Shown: positions 51,015 to 61,264 of the stretch, in pieces
Numbering within the stretch: the stretch's first letter is position 1
Layout of the letters: each line of letters starts with the position of its first letter
Source: Deltaproteobacteria bacterium
Lineage (GTDB): Bacteria > SAR324 > XYD2-FULL-50-16
Direction of reading: 5' to 3'
Length of the DNA: 64,000 nucleotides
Assembly (NCBI GenBank): GCA_018645005.1
Contig: JABGPJ010000066.1
Location: 41,808 to 105,807 of the forward strand
Notes under the pieces: generated by a model
What the model was told of the DNA's origin: nothing
What the model saw: only the letters and a program-made list of their open reading frames with translations
Database searches by the model: none
Translations under genes and position numbers: made by a program

Positions 51015-52280
51015 ATGTCAAATTTAATAGCTCCGCATGGCGGAAAAGGTTTGGTTTGTGCGTTGCTGGAAGGCGCTGCACTGGAAGCGGAAAAGCAAAA
51101 AGCTGCAGGTTTGAAGCAACTTTCAATTTCAGGTCGTGAAAATGGTGACCTGATCATGATGGGTATCGGTGGATTCAGCCCTCTGAACGGTTTTATGGGA
51201 AAAGCTTCCTGGAAGCGCGTTTGTGAAGAATACTTGCTTGAAGATGGCACATTCTGGCCGATTCCGGTGACGCTGTCAGCCGATAAGGCAGATGCCGATG
51301 CGATCAATATTGGTGATGAAATCGCTCTGGTCAACCCTGATGGCGAAACAATGGCCACTATGAAGGTTGAAGAGAAGTTTGAAATGAGCGAAGCCGATAA
51401 GAAATGGGAATGTGAAAAATGCTATAAAGGCAAAGGTGAAGAAAGTGCAGACGATAAATTCTGGGAAATAGCCATGGAAGATCATCCTGGCGTTCAGATG
51501 GTAATGGGACAAAAAGACGTTAACCTGGCTGGCCCTGTTAAGGTACTTGGCGAAGGCGATTTCCGCGAAAGATTCCCTGGTGTATATATGTCACCGGCCG
51601 AAAGCCGCGCGATTTTTGAGAAAAAAGGCTGGTCAACTATTGCCGCTCTGCAACTCAGAAACCCGATGCACAGATCTCATGAGCATCTGGCCAAAATTGC
51701 GGCTGACGTATGTGATGGTGTTTTTATTCATTCACTGGTGGGCGCTTTGAAGCCTGGTGATATCCCGGCTGAAGTACGTATCGAGTGTATCGATACGTTG
51801 ATTGACGGCTATTTTGTCAAGGAAAACGTTGTTCAGGGTGGTTACCCCCTCGACATGCGCTATGCAGGACCGAGAGAAGGTCTGCTGCATGCCACTTTCA
51901 GACAAAACTATGGTGTCTCCAAAATGATTATTGGTCGTGACCATGCAGGCGTTGGTGATTTCTACGGTCTGTTTGATGCTCAGACCATTTTTGATGAAAT
52001 TCCAAAGCCTGAGGATGATGGTAAACGCCTGCTTTGTGAGCCACTGAAAATCGACTGGACCTTTTACTGCAAAACTTGTGATGGAATGGCGTCTCTCCGA
52101 ACATGTCCTCATGACGACTCAGTCCGTGTTAAACTTAGTGGAACCAAGCTGAGAAAAGCGTTGTCAGAAGGAACCGAGGTTGTAGATCATTTTGGTCGGG
52201 AAGAAGTCCTGGTTATTCTGAGAAAATACTATGCTGGCTTGAAGGACAAAGTTGAAATTAAGATGCATAACAAAGTCTAG
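51015..52280 (+). CDS. sat: Sulfate adenylyltransferase (ATP sulfurylase)
   Basis: [20 protein letters not shown] start as in Desulfovibrio Sat. [13 protein letters not shown] (QTRN/HxxH) active-site motifs. Start placed at the internal ATG at 51015. Confidence 0.9.
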   Translation: MSNLIAPHGGKGLVCALLEGAALEAEKQKAAGLKQLSISGRENGDLIMMGIGGFSPLNGFMGKASWKRVCEEYLLEDGTFWPIPVTLSADKADADAINIGDEIALVNPDGETMATMKVEEKFEMSEADKKWECEKCYKGKGEESADDKFWEIAMEDHPGVQMVMGQKDVNLAGPVKVLGEGDFRERFPGVYMSPAESRAIFEKKGWSTIAALQLRNPMHRSHEHLAKIAADVCDGVFIHSLVGALKPGDIPAEVRIECIDTLIDGYFVKENVVQGGYPLDMRYAGPREGLLHATFRQNYGVSKMIIGRDHAGVGDFYGLFDAQTIFDEIPKPEDDGKRLLCEPLKIDWTFYCKTCDGMASLRTCPHDDSVRVKLSGTKLRKALSEGTEVVDHFGREEVLVILRKYYAGLKDKVEIKMHNKV

Positions 52281-52317
52281 TGATTGATTGATCACTGGAA
52301 AGTGTCTTTTAGCTTTA

Positions 52318-52352
52318 GGTGCGCCAATAGGCGCACCGTCAGAAGTTGTTTT
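52318..52352 (+). terminator. GC-rich hairpin after sat, a possible attenuating terminator
   Basis: GGTGCGCC-AATA-GGCGCACC at 52318-52337, followed by a T-rich tract (GTTGTTTTCT). Confidence 0.35.
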
Positions 52353-52408
52353 CTACCCTGACACGCAATTTTTAAGACGAATTATCAGAAATTAAGGAGA
52401 ATCTAATC

Positions 52409-53329
52409 ATGACAGTTTATGTAGTAGGGCATAAAAGCCCGGATACCGATTCTGTAACTGCTGCAATCGCCTATGCCGGATTGAAAAAAGCGCAGGGAGT
52501 AGACGCAGTTGCGGCTTGTCAGGGAGAACTTAACCCTGAAACACAGATGGTATTGGATAAGTTCGGCTTTTCCGCTCCTGAGATCGTAACAGACGCTGCT
52601 GGCAAACAGGTAATCCTGGTTGACCACGGTGACCTGGCGCAAGCCCCGGATAACCTGGCCGATGGTGAATTACTGGAAGTTGTTGACCACCATAAAGTGG
52701 GTGACATCACCACAAACGGCCCCATATTTTTCTATACCAAGCCTGTGGGCTGTACTGGTACAATCCTGAAAGAACTATATGATACAAACAGCGTGGAAAT
52801 TCCAGCCAATGTTGCTGGGATTCTGCTTTGCGCCATCTTGAGTGATACAGTGCTGTTTAAATCACCGACCTGTACTGAAGAAGATAAAAAGGCGTGTGAT
52901 GAACTGGCAAAGATCGCAGGCGTGGACAATATGGAAGCGCTGGCCATGGAAATGTTCAAAGCGAAATCAGCGGTTGCAGGTGTTCCAGCAAGAGATCTGG
53001 TATTCCGCGATTATAAAGATTTCGATATGGGCGGCAAGAAAGTGGGTATTGGTCAATTAGAACTGGTCGACCTTTCTCTGATCGATGATGTTCGCGACGA
53101 TCTGCTGAAGGCGGTTCAAGAAGTTAAGGCCGAAGGACGACATTCCGTTTTCCTGATGCTGACCGATATTATGAAAGAGGGATCTGACCTGATGGTTGTT
53201 TCGGATGATCCTTCTGTTGTGGAAAAAGCTTTTGGCAAAAAACTGGAAGGGACAACAGTTTGGGTTGATGGAATGATGAGCCGCAAGAAGCAGGCTGTTC
53301 CGCCTCTGCAGGAAGCTTTTGGTGCATAG
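52409..53329 (+). CDS. ppaC: Manganese-dependent inorganic pyrophosphatase (family II, DHH-DHHA2)
   Basis: MTVYVVGHKSPDTDSVTAAIAYA DHH motif, the downstream DHH and the DHHA2 GGH region. Length 306 aa. Confidence 0.9.
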   Translation: MTVYVVGHKSPDTDSVTAAIAYAGLKKAQGVDAVAACQGELNPETQMVLDKFGFSAPEIVTDAAGKQVILVDHGDLAQAPDNLADGELLEVVDHHKVGDITTNGPIFFYTKPVGCTGTILKELYDTNSVEIPANVAGILLCAILSDTVLFKSPTCTEEDKKACDELAKIAGVDNMEALAMEMFKAKSAVAGVPARDLVFRDYKDFDMGGKKVGIGQLELVDLSLIDDVRDDLLKAVQEVKAEGRHSVFLMLTDIMKEGSDLMVVSDDPSVVEKAFGKKLEGTTVWVDGMMSRKKQAVPPLQEAFGA

Positions 53330-53741
53330 CAACTAGTGGGTTGCTTGAAGTTGTTTCTTTTATCGCCCGCCACGGCATAAATAATCGCTTGTCGGGTGAT
53401 AAAAACCGGAAAGTAAAACGAAAATTCCGGGTCTGGATCCGATTCGGTGAAATCTGAAGTTCACTTCTGATGATTGGAACCGAACACCGAGTTACAGATT
53501 TCAAGCGGTTGACTGACACTTGTGCCGTATTTCAACAGGTTACCGAAATTGTCAGTCTGACCGCTTACGAATCGTTACTTTTTCTTTAAATTTTGTGTTA
53601 CTTCTACTATATGTATATCTCCATCTTTCGACTATTTAAAATCAGTGGAAGTTGTACAAAACGGAAAAGAGAATATTTGTTCACGCCTCAGGCGTAAGAT
53701 GATTTTTTCATAAGATTAACGAGAATAATCTGGGAGGAAAA

Positions 53742-54971
53742 ATGCAACTAACTGGATTGAAGTACGGAAAGCTTTTAATGGACATGGTCGAATTCCCCGT
53801 AGCCAAAATGCTGACAGAAGATGCTACGAAAGAGGAAATTGAAGGAATGTTAAAAGAGTCCGGGAAAGTGGTGGTCAAACCGTCTTTTATGGGAAGTGCG
53901 GGTAAGAAGGGAAAGGCCGGATTGGTAAAAATCGCTAGTAGTTATGCGGAAGCAGATGCTGCTAGAAAAGAAATGTTTTTCGCCAAATACAGCCAGGGGC
54001 CGGTTGAGCATAAGGCTAAAGGGGTGACTTTCGAAGAGTTTGTTGAATCGGATGCGGAACTGTATTTCAGTTTGACAACATCGACCATTACACGGAAGCC
54101 GGTCATGCTTTTGATCGTTGAAGGTGGTGTCGAAGTTGAAGATCTGCCCGCGGAAAAGAAAGCCATCGTTTCATTTGATCCATTGGTCGGATTGAAAGGG
54201 TATCATGTTAACGATGCGTTAATTAAATTGGGTTGCCCCAAGGCTTTCATCAGCCCTCTCGTGCAGCAACTGCCAAAATTATGGGATTTATATAACAATT
54301 ATGGACTAACCATGATTGAGCTTAATCCGATCAGGATGAAGAAAGGAAAAAGGCCATTGCCTGTGGCATGCGACGTCAAGGCTGCTTTCGACCAGGATGA
54401 TCCGGCACATACACGTATTAAGTTACCACCCGAAGTCTTCGCAACTGAACTCACCGATTTTGAATTGGAAATCAACCAGTTGAGAACCTATCAGGGACAA
54501 AGTGATGTGGTTGAAATCAATCCAAGTGGAACCATTCTACCTTTCATGTTTGGTGGTGGTGCCAACAGTGCAGCCACAGAAGTTCTAGGAGACAGAGCAA
54601 TCTTTTCATCTGACTTTGGCGGGAACCCCCCGTACCAGAAGATGAAGGAGATAGCCGATATCTCTTACCGACATTTCCTGGCACGTGCCAACATTGTGTC
54701 GATTATCGGTGGTAAGGCAAACAATACCGATATCTTCGTGACTTTTAAAGCGATGCTGGACGCGCTGAGAGAGAATATCAAACTGAATCCGAATATTCAC
54801 GTAGTGATTGGCCGTGGTGGCCCCCAGGTTGTTCAGGGTATGATCTACGCTCGTGACCTTCTCGACAGTCTGAAGATCCCTTACAAAATGTTCGGATTTG
54901 ACAGCAGTATGATCGGAGTATTGAATTATACGTTGGAACTGGATGCCTGGCTTGAGTCTAAGAAAAAATAA
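53742..54971 (+). CDS. ATP-grasp subunit of an ATP-citrate lyase / citryl-CoA synthetase-like enzyme (AclB/CcsB/SucC-like)
   Basis: 409-aa protein with a SucC-like ATP-grasp N-terminus (VVVKPSFMGSAGKKGKAGLVKI). It is paired with the downstream CoA-ligase and citrate-synthase-like fusion. Confidence 0.55.
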   Translation: MQLTGLKYGKLLMDMVEFPVAKMLTEDATKEEIEGMLKESGKVVVKPSFMGSAGKKGKAGLVKIASSYAEADAARKEMFFAKYSQGPVEHKAKGVTFEEFVESDAELYFSLTTSTITRKPVMLLIVEGGVEVEDLPAEKKAIVSFDPLVGLKGYHVNDALIKLGCPKAFISPLVQQLPKLWDLYNNYGLTMIELNPIRMKKGKRPLPVACDVKAAFDQDDPAHTRIKLPPEVFATELTDFELEINQLRTYQGQSDVVEINPSGTILPFMFGGGANSAATEVLGDRAIFSSDFGGNPPYQKMKEIADISYRHFLARANIVSIIGGKANNTDIFVTFKAMLDALRENIKLNPNIHVVIGRGGPQVVQGMIYARDLLDSLKIPYKMFGFDSSMIGVLNYTLELDAWLESKKK

Positions 54972-55081
54972 GGCTGATCCAAAAATGACCAAATGAATCT
55001 TAAAGATTGATTCATTCAGACTTGAATCGAATATTTTGAATATGCTAATCAGAAAATATATCACTTTTTATTGGAGAAGCT

Positions 55082-57796
55082 ATGAGCCAAACTAATCCGT
55101 TCCCCTACTATGTGGGAATAAATAGTCTAGAAGAGATAGCGAATAAACAGACACGCTGTGTTGTGATGAATATTCTTGGTGGTGAGAGTAAAGGTGTTAC
55201 CCCTACATCACACGAGTTCAGCGGTGGAAACATTGTTGCGGGTGTCCAGTATGGACGAGCCGGCAAAATGGAAACAAAAATCGGTGATATTCCGGTTTTT
55301 GGAAGTATCAAAGAGATCGTTGATGCAGGCATCGAGTTTGACACGGGTGTGATTTATCTTCCACCAACTGCTGTTGCTGCCGCTGCTGACGAATTGATCG
55401 CGCACAATCCGAAACTGACCAAGATCGTTGTCCTGACTGAAAAAGTCAGCGTGAAGGACTCCCAGTTTATCCGTGCAATAGCCCAGAGCAATCAGATTGA
55501 CGTTTTTGGTGGGAACTGCCTGGGTATCGGGAATTCCTGGGAACAGGTTCGTGTGGGTGGCGCTTTGGGTGGAAAATCACCCGGTGAGAGTCTGGTGAAA
55601 GGAAGTGTGGCTGTTTACAGTAACTCTGGGAACTTCAGTACAACCATTCCGGAATATTTAAAAACAGGTGGTTGGGGAACATCAACGGTGCTGAGCAGTG
55701 GAAAAGACCTCTATATCCAGTTCGCTCTGGCAGAATTCCTGAACGCAGCTGAAAATGATGCACGCACCAAGGGTATCATGATGTATATCGAGCCGGGCGG
55801 ATATTATGAAAAACAAGCCCTGGACTGGATTGAAGAAGGTCTGTACAAGTTTACCAAGCCTATCGTTTGTTGTGTCACCGGACGCTGGAAAGCCAACCTG
55901 TCACGTGCGGTCGGCCATGCTGGCGCAATCGCTGGTGGTGGTGATGATGCGCTGGCCAAAGAGGGGTGGTTTGATACCTATTTTGGAGTGGGTGAGTTTG
56001 ATCCAGCCAACCCCAAAGTCTCAAAAAAGGGTGTTCGCATCGCTTCTATCCAGGATGCTCCGACAGCCATGACAGCGATCATGAAAGAGATCGGTGTTGA
56101 GCCGGATTTTGTATCATCAGGTGACCTAAGCCTGAAGCCCTGGTTTGTGAATGACCAGGATGCCGGAATCCCGGAAAAACTGCAAATGCAGAAAGTTGAA
56201 GCCATGGCGCCTTACAATGATGCCATCAAAAAACTGGGAAACCAGGTGGGTGCGCAACTGTCACGGGAATCCATGCGGAATAAATCAGGTGCCAGTATGA
56301 TGAACCCCAAATCTCAGATTACCGAAGTTCATGGGGTTTCTGTGCTGGATTTGGTCAAGGAAAGCTTTGCTGCGACAAACGTCTTTGCTCTGATAAAAGA
56401 GCTGCCCGCTGCTGCAGATATGCCGATGGTTAACGCGATCATGAACTACTACACGGCCATTGGTGCTGAGAACATGGATGTGGCTGTAAAAGCCCGTGCC
56501 AACGATTCATTGCCCAACGCTTATCTGGGTGCTGCTGTGATGATGAATGGTGACAGACAACTGTTCAAAGATTACCGAGCCATGACCAACACCATGATCG
56601 ACCTGTTCTATACCCAGGTCTGGAATGACAAGTCTGTCAATGAGGCTGCCATTGCTAAAGCGCTTGAGCAAAAAGGTGCCATGCCGGAAGGGGAAGCCAG
56701 TGCACAGGACGCCAAAGTGGCTGATTTCTTTGTTGACGTGATTGAGAAAAACAACCTCCAGAGTGTGTTTACTGAATACGCCATTAAATACGCAGCAGAA
56801 AACAAGGTGAATAAGCTGGACTTGCTGATGGCTGCCATGCTGCTGACACTTTCCTGGAAGGCCCTGACAGACAGGCAGATCCCACAGGAAACAGCGGCTG
56901 ATCTCGGTAACTACCTGTTCCTCAATGGTGTGATTGTGGGTTGTTCAGCTCCGGCTTATCCAAATAACGATTTCTGGAACAAGCTGACCTCACTGGAGGA
57001 CCTCAGTCTGTTGAATATGGATTTCTCTGATTCGATTTTCAGGATTCTCTTTAACAGGGAACCGGCAGAGAAAGAACTGTTTGCACTGAACGCCATGTTG
57101 AATCTGACGATCTCCAACGGACCAGGTACGGTTAGTGCCAAGGGATCCAAGGAATCTGTCAGTGGTGGTAACCCCATCGCTTCCTGCTATGTCGGTTGGA
57201 TGGAAAACACCGGTCGTGATCACGGTGGAAACGGATTTGAGGCCATCAAGTATGTGAATGACAACATGGGCGCTTTTGATCCGTACAAGGCGACATCTGA
57301 AGAGATGAATGCAGCCATGGAAGAAATTGCACAGAAAGCTGCAGAAGAATATGGCTCATTGAAGAAAAAAGCCAAGGAAGAAGGTGACATGAAGTACTTC
57401 AAGGTGCCTTGTGTGAATCATCCTGTCTTCAAAGGCAAGCCGATTAACTACGATCCTCGAGAGACTCACATTCGAGAACTGTTCAAGGAAAGAAATGAAA
57501 TAAATCCCTTCCAGGAATTTTATCATGTTCTTGTCCAGAAACTTTACGATGTGGGTGCAACCAAAAACGTGTTCTGCGTCAACATCGATGCAGTTATTGC
57601 CACCATCTCACTGGATCTGATTTGGAAAGATATCAAGAGTGGGGCCATGCCTGAAAAAGATATGCAGGACATCGCTTTTACACTCTTCCAGTTTGCACGG
57701 ATGGTGGGTTGTTCAGCTGAAATCGCCGATCATAAGAGCCGTGGAAACCCGATCGATTGTAGAACTCCTGCCAGCCAATGTTTCTGGGTTGGTTAG
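55082..57796 (+). CDS. 904-aa fusion of a succinyl-CoA-synthetase-alpha-like CoA-binding/ligase domain, a phospho-histidine loop and a citrate-synthase-like domain (ATP-citrate lyase alpha / citryl-CoA lyase-like)
   Basis: SucD-like CoA-binding N-terminus. A GHAGA histidine loop near residue 279, as in ATP-citrate lyase. The C-terminal region carries citrate synthase catalytic signatures: NHPVFKGKPINYDPRE (like GHAVLRKTDPR) and CVNIDAV (like PNVDAH). Confidence 0.55.
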   Translation: MSQTNPFPYYVGINSLEEIANKQTRCVVMNILGGESKGVTPTSHEFSGGNIVAGVQYGRAGKMETKIGDIPVFGSIKEIVDAGIEFDTGVIYLPPTAVAAAADELIAHNPKLTKIVVLTEKVSVKDSQFIRAIAQSNQIDVFGGNCLGIGNSWEQVRVGGALGGKSPGESLVKGSVAVYSNSGNFSTTIPEYLKTGGWGTSTVLSSGKDLYIQFALAEFLNAAENDARTKGIMMYIEPGGYYEKQALDWIEEGLYKFTKPIVCCVTGRWKANLSRAVGHAGAIAGGGDDALAKEGWFDTYFGVGEFDPANPKVSKKGVRIASIQDAPTAMTAIMKEIGVEPDFVSSGDLSLKPWFVNDQDAGIPEKLQMQKVEAMAPYNDAIKKLGNQVGAQLSRESMRNKSGASMMNPKSQITEVHGVSVLDLVKESFAATNVFALIKELPAAADMPMVNAIMNYYTAIGAENMDVAVKARANDSLPNAYLGAAVMMNGDRQLFKDYRAMTNTMIDLFYTQVWNDKSVNEAAIAKALEQKGAMPEGEASAQDAKVADFFVDVIEKNNLQSVFTEYAIKYAAENKVNKLDLLMAAMLLTLSWKALTDRQIPQETAADLGNYLFLNGVIVGCSAPAYPNNDFWNKLTSLEDLSLLNMDFSDSIFRILFNREPAEKELFALNAMLNLTISNGPGTVSAKGSKESVSGGNPIASCYVGWMENTGRDHGGNGFEAIKYVNDNMGAFDPYKATSEEMNAAMEEIAQKAAEEYGSLKKKAKEEGDMKYFKVPCVNHPVFKGKPINYDPRETHIRELFKERNEINPFQEFYHVLVQKLYDVGATKNVFCVNIDAVIATISLDLIWKDIKSGAMPEKDMQDIAFTLFQFARMVGCSAEIADHKSRGNPIDCRTPASQCFWVG

Positions 57797-58040
57797 TGTT
57801 TGACGGTCAAAACTGTTTTGGGCAGCTGCGAAATGGGTATAAACACGCTTTCAAGGCTGCCAATCAGTGACCTGGATCAATCAATAATTTGAGACGTTAT
57901 TGTAGAGTGGGTCAACAGAAGAGAAAGAGTACGATAACCGCCCATCGGTGCTGAAAAAAGAGCTTAGATGGGAGGTTCATTTGGGGGAAACACAAATCTG
58001 TGTTTCAAACGATTTAAAAACAGATATTACGGAGAATAAT

Positions 58041-58379
58041 ATGGGTTTTGAACTGAATGGCACAACTTATGAGACTGACGAAGATGGATACTTGATCAAC
58101 ATCGGTGGATGGAACGAAGATGTGGCCCATCACCTGGCTGAAGAAGAAGAGATTCCAGAACTGACCGAAAAACACTGGCAGATTATTAATTTTCTGAGAG
58201 GCTACTACGAAGAATACCAGATCGCGCCGATGATCAAGATTTTGATCAAAGCCATCATGAAAGATATGGATCTTTCCAAGCGTGATGCTTCAAAGATGCT
58301 GTATGAACTGTATCCTGCAGGACCTGCAAAGCAAGCCTGTAAAATTGCCGGACTGCCTAAGCCGACCGGTTGCGTCTAG
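58041..58379 (+). CDS. dsrC: Dissimilatory sulfite reductase subunit DsrC
   Basis: Ends with the diagnostic ...CKIAGLPKPTGCV C-terminal arm carrying both conserved cysteines. Start set at ATG 58041, which has a GGAG site upstream and gives the typical 112-aa size. Confidence 0.9.
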   Translation: MGFELNGTTYETDEDGYLINIGGWNEDVAHHLAEEEEIPELTEKHWQIINFLRGYYEEYQIAPMIKILIKAIMKDMDLSKRDASKMLYELYPAGPAKQACKIAGLPKPTGCV

Positions 58380-58512
58380 CCCATTTCGCATGATAAATGC
58401 CCCGGGATCATTGAATTTGATGATCGTCTAGGGGAAGTTTTTTCAATAATCGCCAACAAAGGGTGATACAAATTTACTAATTTGAGATTGCCCAGCTATT
58501 TGGAGAGGATTA

Positions 58513-59727
58513 ATGTCAGATACACCAATGATGGACGAACTGGAAAAAGGTCCATGGCCAAGTTTCGTCAGAGAAATTAGAAGAGCCGGTAAGCAAAGTG
58601 CTACCGCAAGAGATTTAATTAATATTCTTGAACTGTCTTACAAAGATAAAAAAACCCACTGGAAACATGGTGGTGTTGTCGGTGTCAGGGGATACGGTGC
58701 CGGTGTTATCGGCCGCTATGTCGATGATCCCGTCCAGTTTCCCGGCGTTGCCCATTTCCATACGGTTCGTGTGAACCAGACCTCCGGTTTTGTGTACAAT
58801 ACCAAAGGACTGGGCGAGATCATGGATATCTGGGACAAACGTGGTTCCGGTATGACCAACATGCACGGTTCTACGGGTGACCTGGTTCTTCTAGGAACAA
58901 CCTCAGAACAACTGGATCCGATTTTTACTGACATCTCCCAGAAAGGTTGGGACTTGGGTGGTTCCGGATCGGATTTGAGAACACCAAGCTGCTGCCTGGG
59001 TCCTGCACGCTGTGAATACGCCTGTATCGACACACTGGCAATTACACGGGAGTGTACAAACTATTACCAGGATGAATTGCATCGCCCGGCGTTTCCATAC
59101 AAGTTTAAGATTAAAGTCGCCGGTTGTTCAAACGACTGTGTGGCATCGATTGCCCGTTCCGACCTCTCAATTATCGGAACCTGGAAAGATGATATCCGCA
59201 TTGATCAGGACGAAATTGCAAATTACGTCAAGGGTGGCGGAATTGATATCATGAAGGAAGTGGTCATGATGTGCCCAACCCAATGTATCGATTTTGATGG
59301 CACCAAAATGGAGATCGACAACAGCAACTGTGTTCACTGTATGCACTGCATCAACAAATTGACTAAGGCACTGCGTGTTGGAACAGATCAAGGTGCAACA
59401 ATTCTGCTGGGTGCTAAGGCGCCGATTGTTGAAGGAGCGATGCTTGCTTCCGTGATTGTACCCTTTATGAAACTGGAAGAACCATTTGAAAATCTGAAAG
59501 AATTGATCGAAGCTCTCTGGGAAGTCTGGGATGAAGATGGAAAGAACAAGGAGCGGATTGGTGAATTCATGGAAAGAATGGGGAAAGGTGAATTTGTTGA
59601 AGCTGTCGGAGAACAACTCGCTGACGGTGAATGCGGAATCGAAATGACCTCTCAAATTGATATGATTAACCATCCGAGAGAGAACCCATACATTTTCTAC
59701 GATGAGTATCTTGAAGAAGAAGGCTAG
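58513..59727 (+). CDS. dsrA: Dissimilatory sulfite reductase alpha subunit
   Basis: LEKGPWPSFV...HWKHGGVVGV...GVAHFHTVRV...LTNMHGSTGD...DELHRPAFPYKFKIKVAGCSNDCVASIARSD matches Desulfovibrio DsrA over nearly the full length. Confidence 0.95.
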   Translation: MSDTPMMDELEKGPWPSFVREIRRAGKQSATARDLINILELSYKDKKTHWKHGGVVGVRGYGAGVIGRYVDDPVQFPGVAHFHTVRVNQTSGFVYNTKGLGEIMDIWDKRGSGMTNMHGSTGDLVLLGTTSEQLDPIFTDISQKGWDLGGSGSDLRTPSCCLGPARCEYACIDTLAITRECTNYYQDELHRPAFPYKFKIKVAGCSNDCVASIARSDLSIIGTWKDDIRIDQDEIANYVKGGGIDIMKEVVMMCPTQCIDFDGTKMEIDNSNCVHCMHCINKLTKALRVGTDQGATILLGAKAPIVEGAMLASVIVPFMKLEEPFENLKELIEALWEVWDEDGKNKERIGEFMERMGKGEFVEAVGEQLADGECGIEMTSQIDMINHPRENPYIFYDEYLEEEG

Positions 59728-59832
59728 GGGTCCTTTCACTGGGAATTTGGTTAATTATCATACAAATGGTGAATTTCCAAATAGACCTTAACGATTTTGT
59801 TTTAAACAACATGTAATTTCTAAAGGGAAAAT

Positions 59833-60906
59833 ATGGCAGAAGAAAGAATTACTGACCAGGGTGCGAAGGACTATAAAGAGTTCCTGCATCCGGTTATGGT
59901 AAAAAATTACGGACAGTGGAAATACCACGAAATTCTCAAGCCTGGTGTTCTGGTCCATGTCGCTGATTCCGGAGATAAGATTTACAGTGTCCGGGTCGCT
60001 TCACCCAGGCTGTTGAGCACGGTGAGTATTCGGTTTTTCATGTCTGTTGCGGATAAGTATTGTGACGGTTTCCTGAGATGGACAACCCGAAACAACGTTG
60101 AGTTCCTGACTGATAAGGAAGAAAATGTTGAACTGATCATCAAGGCTGTGAACGACGATGGCTGGCCGGTCGGTGGAACAGGAAGAACTGCTTCCAACGT
60201 TGTGCATACACAGGGTTGGGTTCATTGTCATACATCGGCAACTGATGCTTCCGGTATCGTAAAATCACTGATGGATGAGGTTTTCGAGGATTTTACATCA
60301 GAGAATCTTCCCGGAAAACTGAAACTGGCTCTGGCCTGTTGTCTGAATATGTGTGGTGCGGTCCACGCATCTGACATCTCCATTCTCGGTATTCACCGTC
60401 GACCCCCCAAGGTAGATTATCACTTGCTGGGTCAGATCTGTGAAATTCCGACAACTATCGCAGCTTGTCCGACTGGAGCGATCCGTCAGGATATCGTCGA
60501 TGGTGTGAAAGCGATGAAAATAATTGAAGATCAGTGTATGTTCTGCGGTGCCTGCTACACAGCTTGCCCCAACATGCCTCTGGCAGATGCCCTGAATGAC
60601 GGTGTCTCTATCTGGGTCGGTGGGAAGATTGCAAACGCCAGATCCAAACCCGGCTTCACCAAGCTGGTTGTCCCTTTTCTTCCGAATAATCCGCCGCGAT
60701 GGCCGGAAGTTATTGATGCCGTGAAGAAAATTATTCAGGTATACAAAGATAACGGAAGAAAATGGGAACGCCTTGGCGAGATGATCGATCGGATTGGTTG
60801 GGCGAAGTTTTTTAAGCTGACAGGTTTTGCGTTTACCAAATATCATATTGATGATTATAAATTGGCGACCAAATCCTATAATATGTCGGCTCATGTAAGA
60901 TTTTAG
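59833..60906 (+). CDS. dsrB: Dissimilatory sulfite reductase beta subunit
   Basis: [59 protein letters not shown]...[11 protein letters not shown] matches DsrB. Siroheme/iron-sulfur Cys clusters are present. Confidence 0.95.
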   Translation: MAEERITDQGAKDYKEFLHPVMVKNYGQWKYHEILKPGVLVHVADSGDKIYSVRVASPRLLSTVSIRFFMSVADKYCDGFLRWTTRNNVEFLTDKEENVELIIKAVNDDGWPVGGTGRTASNVVHTQGWVHCHTSATDASGIVKSLMDEVFEDFTSENLPGKLKLALACCLNMCGAVHASDISILGIHRRPPKVDYHLLGQICEIPTTIAACPTGAIRQDIVDGVKAMKIIEDQCMFCGACYTACPNMPLADALNDGVSIWVGGKIANARSKPGFTKLVVPFLPNNPPRWPEVIDAVKKIIQVYKDNGRKWERLGEMIDRIGWAKFFKLTGFAFTKYHIDDYKLATKSYNMSAHVRF

Positions 60907-60915
60907 GAGTTAAAA

Positions 60916-61188
60916 ATGGCAGTAGATTTAAATGTAGTAGCTGAAGATATGTTTGAAATGGTTAAAGAAGTTGCCGGCATCAAAAAATTAAAACCGGGTG
61001 ACGTTTTGAAAGCCATGGTCAAGAAGTATGGGGATCAGGGATTCACGAAGAAAGATGCGAAAGCAGCTATCCGCATTCTGATTGATGGTGAAAGGCTGGT
61101 ATATACCTATATCAACGGCTCTTTTGTTGAACTGCCCCATGAAGACGGCGCCGCTATGGCCGCTAATGAGGCTGCAAGGAATAAATAA
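60916..61188 (+). CDS. dsrD: DsrD-like small winged-helix protein
   Basis: 90-aa ORF starting 10 bp after dsrB, the canonical dsrD position. LVYTYINGSFVEL resembles the DsrD wing region. The sequence match is weaker than for dsrAB. Confidence 0.65.
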   Translation: MAVDLNVVAEDMFEMVKEVAGIKKLKPGDVLKAMVKKYGDQGFTKKDAKAAIRILIDGERLVYTYINGSFVELPHEDGAAMAANEAARNK

Positions 61189-61264
61189 AGTTTGAAGTCC
61201 CGGCTTTTCTTCGATCGTTTGGAAAAGCCGGAACCTCATCCAATGATATATTGACCGGAAAAGC

